Positions 38,016 through 40,084 of a DNA stretch of 40,084 nucleotides are shown here, piece after piece. Made by a program: the position numbers and the translations under genes. The notes beneath the pieces were generated by a model, which did not search any database, was not told the origin of the DNA, and saw nothing but the letters and a program-made list of their open reading frames with translations. The stretch lies in the UHGV virus genome UHGV-0204614. One strand, written 5' to 3'. This DNA comes from a virus. How positions within the stretch are numbered: position 1 is the first letter of the stretch; every line of letters begins with the position of its first letter.

Positions 38016-39073
38016 TGTATGAATCTCAAACATTTGATGTAATTTTAAAGCGCATGTTAGACAGAGTTTCAAACAGCTTAGATAAGCGAGAAGGGTCCAT
38101 AATTTATGATGCCGCAGCTCCTGCGGCAAACGAGTTGCAAAACGCTTATATCAATCTGGATATTATGATAAATGAGGCGTATGCGGATACTGCGTCCAGA
38201 TATTATCTAATTAAGCGCGCCGCTGAGAGAGGATTACTTCCTTATTCTGCAACAAAGGCAATCGTAAAAGGTGAGTTCAACATGAACGTGCCAATTGGGG
38301 CGAGATTTTCTCTGGAGGATTTAAACTACATCGTTCGAGAAAAAATAAGCGAACATGTTTTTAAGTTAGAGTGTGAGCAGGAAGGGGCAAAACCAAACAG
38401 TTATTTAGGAACGCTAATTCCTATCGAGTATATTGAAGGTTTAACCAAAGCAGAAATTACGGAACTGCTCATCCCCGGCGAAGATGAAGAGGACACAGAA
38501 CACTTTAGACAAAGATATTTTGATAGTTTGGATAGTCAAGCGTTCGGAGGAAATCAGCGTGATTATAAGGAAAAAACAGAAGCAATTCCAGGTGTCGGGT
38601 CTGTGAAGGTATATCCTGTTTGGAACGGTGGGGGGACTGTAAAACTAGTTATCACCAACAGTGAAAACAAAAAGCCTTCTCCCACTTTGGTGGAACAGGT
38701 GCAAACTGCCATTGACCCAGTGCAGAATCAGGGGAAAGGTTTGGGTATTGCTCCCATCGGGCATGTGGTAACCGTTCAAGGTGTCACAGAAACTGCTGTA
38801 AACATTACAACAAAAATTACATATCAAGATGATTGGAACTGGTCCGCAATTGAAGGGTACGTTAACAGTACGATAGATGCTTATTTTTCGCAATTAAACG
38901 CGAACTGGGCAGACAATGAAAACATCGTTGTTCGTATCAGCCAGATAGAGTCCGCTTTACTTGGAGTGACAGGTGTGCTTGATATCACAGGCACAACGCT
39001 GAATGGTGCGGAACAAAACCTTGTAATAAATGCCGATAGCATACCCAAAAGGGGGACTGTCAGTGCAAGCTAA
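38015..39073 (+). CDS. Baseplate J-like protein (XkdT-like)
   Basis: DKREGSIIYD, FGGN..DY, VYPVWNGGGTVK, APIGHVVTV. Confidence 0.9.
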   Translation: MYESQTFDVILKRMLDRVSNSLDKREGSIIYDAAAPAANELQNAYINLDIMINEAYADTASRYYLIKRAAERGLLPYSATKAIVKGEFNMNVPIGARFSLEDLNYIVREKISEHVFKLECEQEGAKPNSYLGTLIPIEYIEGLTKAEITELLIPGEDEEDTEHFRQRYFDSLDSQAFGGNQRDYKEKTEAIPGVGSVKVYPVWNGGGTVKLVITNSENKKPSPTLVEQVQTAIDPVQNQGKGLGIAPIGHVVTVQGVTETAVNITTKITYQDDWNWSAIEGYVNSTIDAYFSQLNANWADNENIVVRISQIESALLGVTGVLDITGTTLNGAEQNLVINADSIPKRGTVSAS

Positions 39074-39620
39074 ACAAATTGATATGATGAGCAAAGTGCC
39101 CGATGTTCTGAAAGATGTCAGAGAAATCAAAGCGCTAATCAATACGGAAAACAGCGAGATGAATCTGCTCAGCGCCGCATTGGCGTTGTATCTGAACAAC
39201 ACGTTTGTAGATTCGGCAGACGAGTACGGTATTGGTCGCTGGGAATCCATATTGCACATTCTGCCAAAGCTGACCGACACCCTTGACGAAAGACGATTTC
39301 GCGTATTGTCCAGAATCAACGAGCAGCTTCCCTTTACATTACGTTCGTTGGAGCAACAGCTTTCTACCTTATGCGGACCTGAGGGTTATACGGTTGAGCT
39401 GTTCCACGAACAATATTTACTTAAAGTTCGAGTGGAACTGACGGCAAAATCAAAATTGGAGGACGTACGTGCTTTGCTCAACCGCATTGTACCTGCCAAC
39501 ATGGTGATTGATTTGGATTTACTGTACAATCAGCACAGCGATTTTGAGGGATTGACACATGAAGAACTGTCTGTTTATACACATCAACAACTGAGAGATG
39601 AGGTGATCAGTCATGGATAA
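39063..39620 (+). CDS. Baseplate protein (DUF2313/XkdU-like)
   Basis: GIGRWESIL, TLDERRF, IVPANM. Confidence 0.82.
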   Translation: MQAKQIDMMSKVPDVLKDVREIKALINTENSEMNLLSAALALYLNNTFVDSADEYGIGRWESILHILPKLTDTLDERRFRVLSRINEQLPFTLRSLEQQLSTLCGPEGYTVELFHEQYLLKVRVELTAKSKLEDVRALLNRIVPANMVIDLDLLYNQHSDFEGLTHEELSVYTHQQLRDEVISHG

Positions 39621-40074
39621 TACACCAAATATAAACTTAAAAAAACCAAAGCCGGAGGATTACTATAACATAAAGGATCATAATGACAACTCTGATATTT
39701 TGGATACGAAAATTAAAGAGCTGGATGCCGGCAAAATTGGCAAAGATATGATAGGTCAAAACAACGGCGTTGCGGGAGTATCGGCTCAGGGGAAAATTAC
39801 TCCCATGCCAAGCGCTGCCGATATAGGGGCTGTACCTACTTCCAGAACCATTAATACAAAGCCTTTATCTGCCGATATTACCTTAAAAGCAAGCGATGTG
39901 GGCGCAGTGGATGCAACACTGGTAAATGTTCCAAACGGTGTTGCGGGTATCGGTTCCGACGGTAAGCTCCATCAAGTTCCCTCAGCTGAAAAATTAAGCG
40001 GCGAGCTTTTTATCATTTCCGCAACGCAGCCTCCCGTACAGGAGGGAAAAATATGGTTGAAACCAATTACTTAG
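39613..40074 (+). CDS. Short tail fibre/adaptor protein with repeats
   Basis: TPNINLKKP...NDNSDILD N-terminus; duplicated NGVAGxxxxGK and xDxGAV; C-terminal GKIWLK. Confidence 0.7.
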   Translation: MDNTPNINLKKPKPEDYYNIKDHNDNSDILDTKIKELDAGKIGKDMIGQNNGVAGVSAQGKITPMPSAADIGAVPTSRTINTKPLSADITLKASDVGAVDATLVNVPNGVAGIGSDGKLHQVPSAEKLSGELFIISATQPPVQEGKIWLKPIT

Positions 40075-40084
40075 GAGGCGCTTT

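Larger units (their letters stand above)
1..40084. mobile_element. Complete temperate myovirus-type phage genome (circularly permuted, excised/attP form)
   Basis: All modules present in canonical order (lysis, lysogeny, replication, packaging, head, contractile tail, baseplate); no host housekeeping genes; RBS AGGAGG at 40073-40078 reads across the junction onto ATG at 1. Confidence 0.93.

Noticed and set aside
9042..39319. Numerous short minus-strand and nested ORFs in the track
   Set aside because: Antisense or out-of-frame shadows of well-supported genes, with no RBS or recognisable motifs

Overview
The window is an apparently complete, circularly permuted ~40 kb genome of a temperate, contractile-tailed (PBSX/Xkd-type tail, SPP1-type head) phage of a low-GC Firmicute, most plausibly Clostridia (host is an inference from gene families and sigmaA-type signals). 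The end of the window carries a Shine-Dalgarno sequence (AGGAGG) that sits 6 nt before the ATG at position 1, so the ends join. Gene order: receptor-binding/tail protein, lysis (GH25-LysM endolysin, two holin-like genes), lysogeny (large serine integrase, orphan zeta-like P-loop protein, ImmA protease, ImmR/CI repressor, operators, Cro, antirepressor), replication (DUF2800 nuclease, DUF2815 SSB, PolA, VapE primase-helicase, iteron-like origin, VRR-NUC, SNF2), small accessory genes (dCTP deaminase, Lar-like and others), late regulator, packaging, head, tail and baseplate. The most notable observations are: (1) a candidate attP inside the 3' end of the integrase gene whose geometry predicts a tRNA/tmRNA 3'-end target and a swapped integrase C-terminus; (2) a MuF minor head protein with a C-terminal JAB/JAMM-motif domain followed by a coupled small gene (toxin-immunity-like pair); (3) a promoter-to-terminator structured non-coding RNA before terS with a compact pseudoknot and CCA-ending stems; (4) a lipoprotein moron placed just before the tape measure gene; (5) a ricin-B lectin inserted inside an FN3-like domain. 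All family assignments are by motif recognition from the translated sequence; no searches were run.
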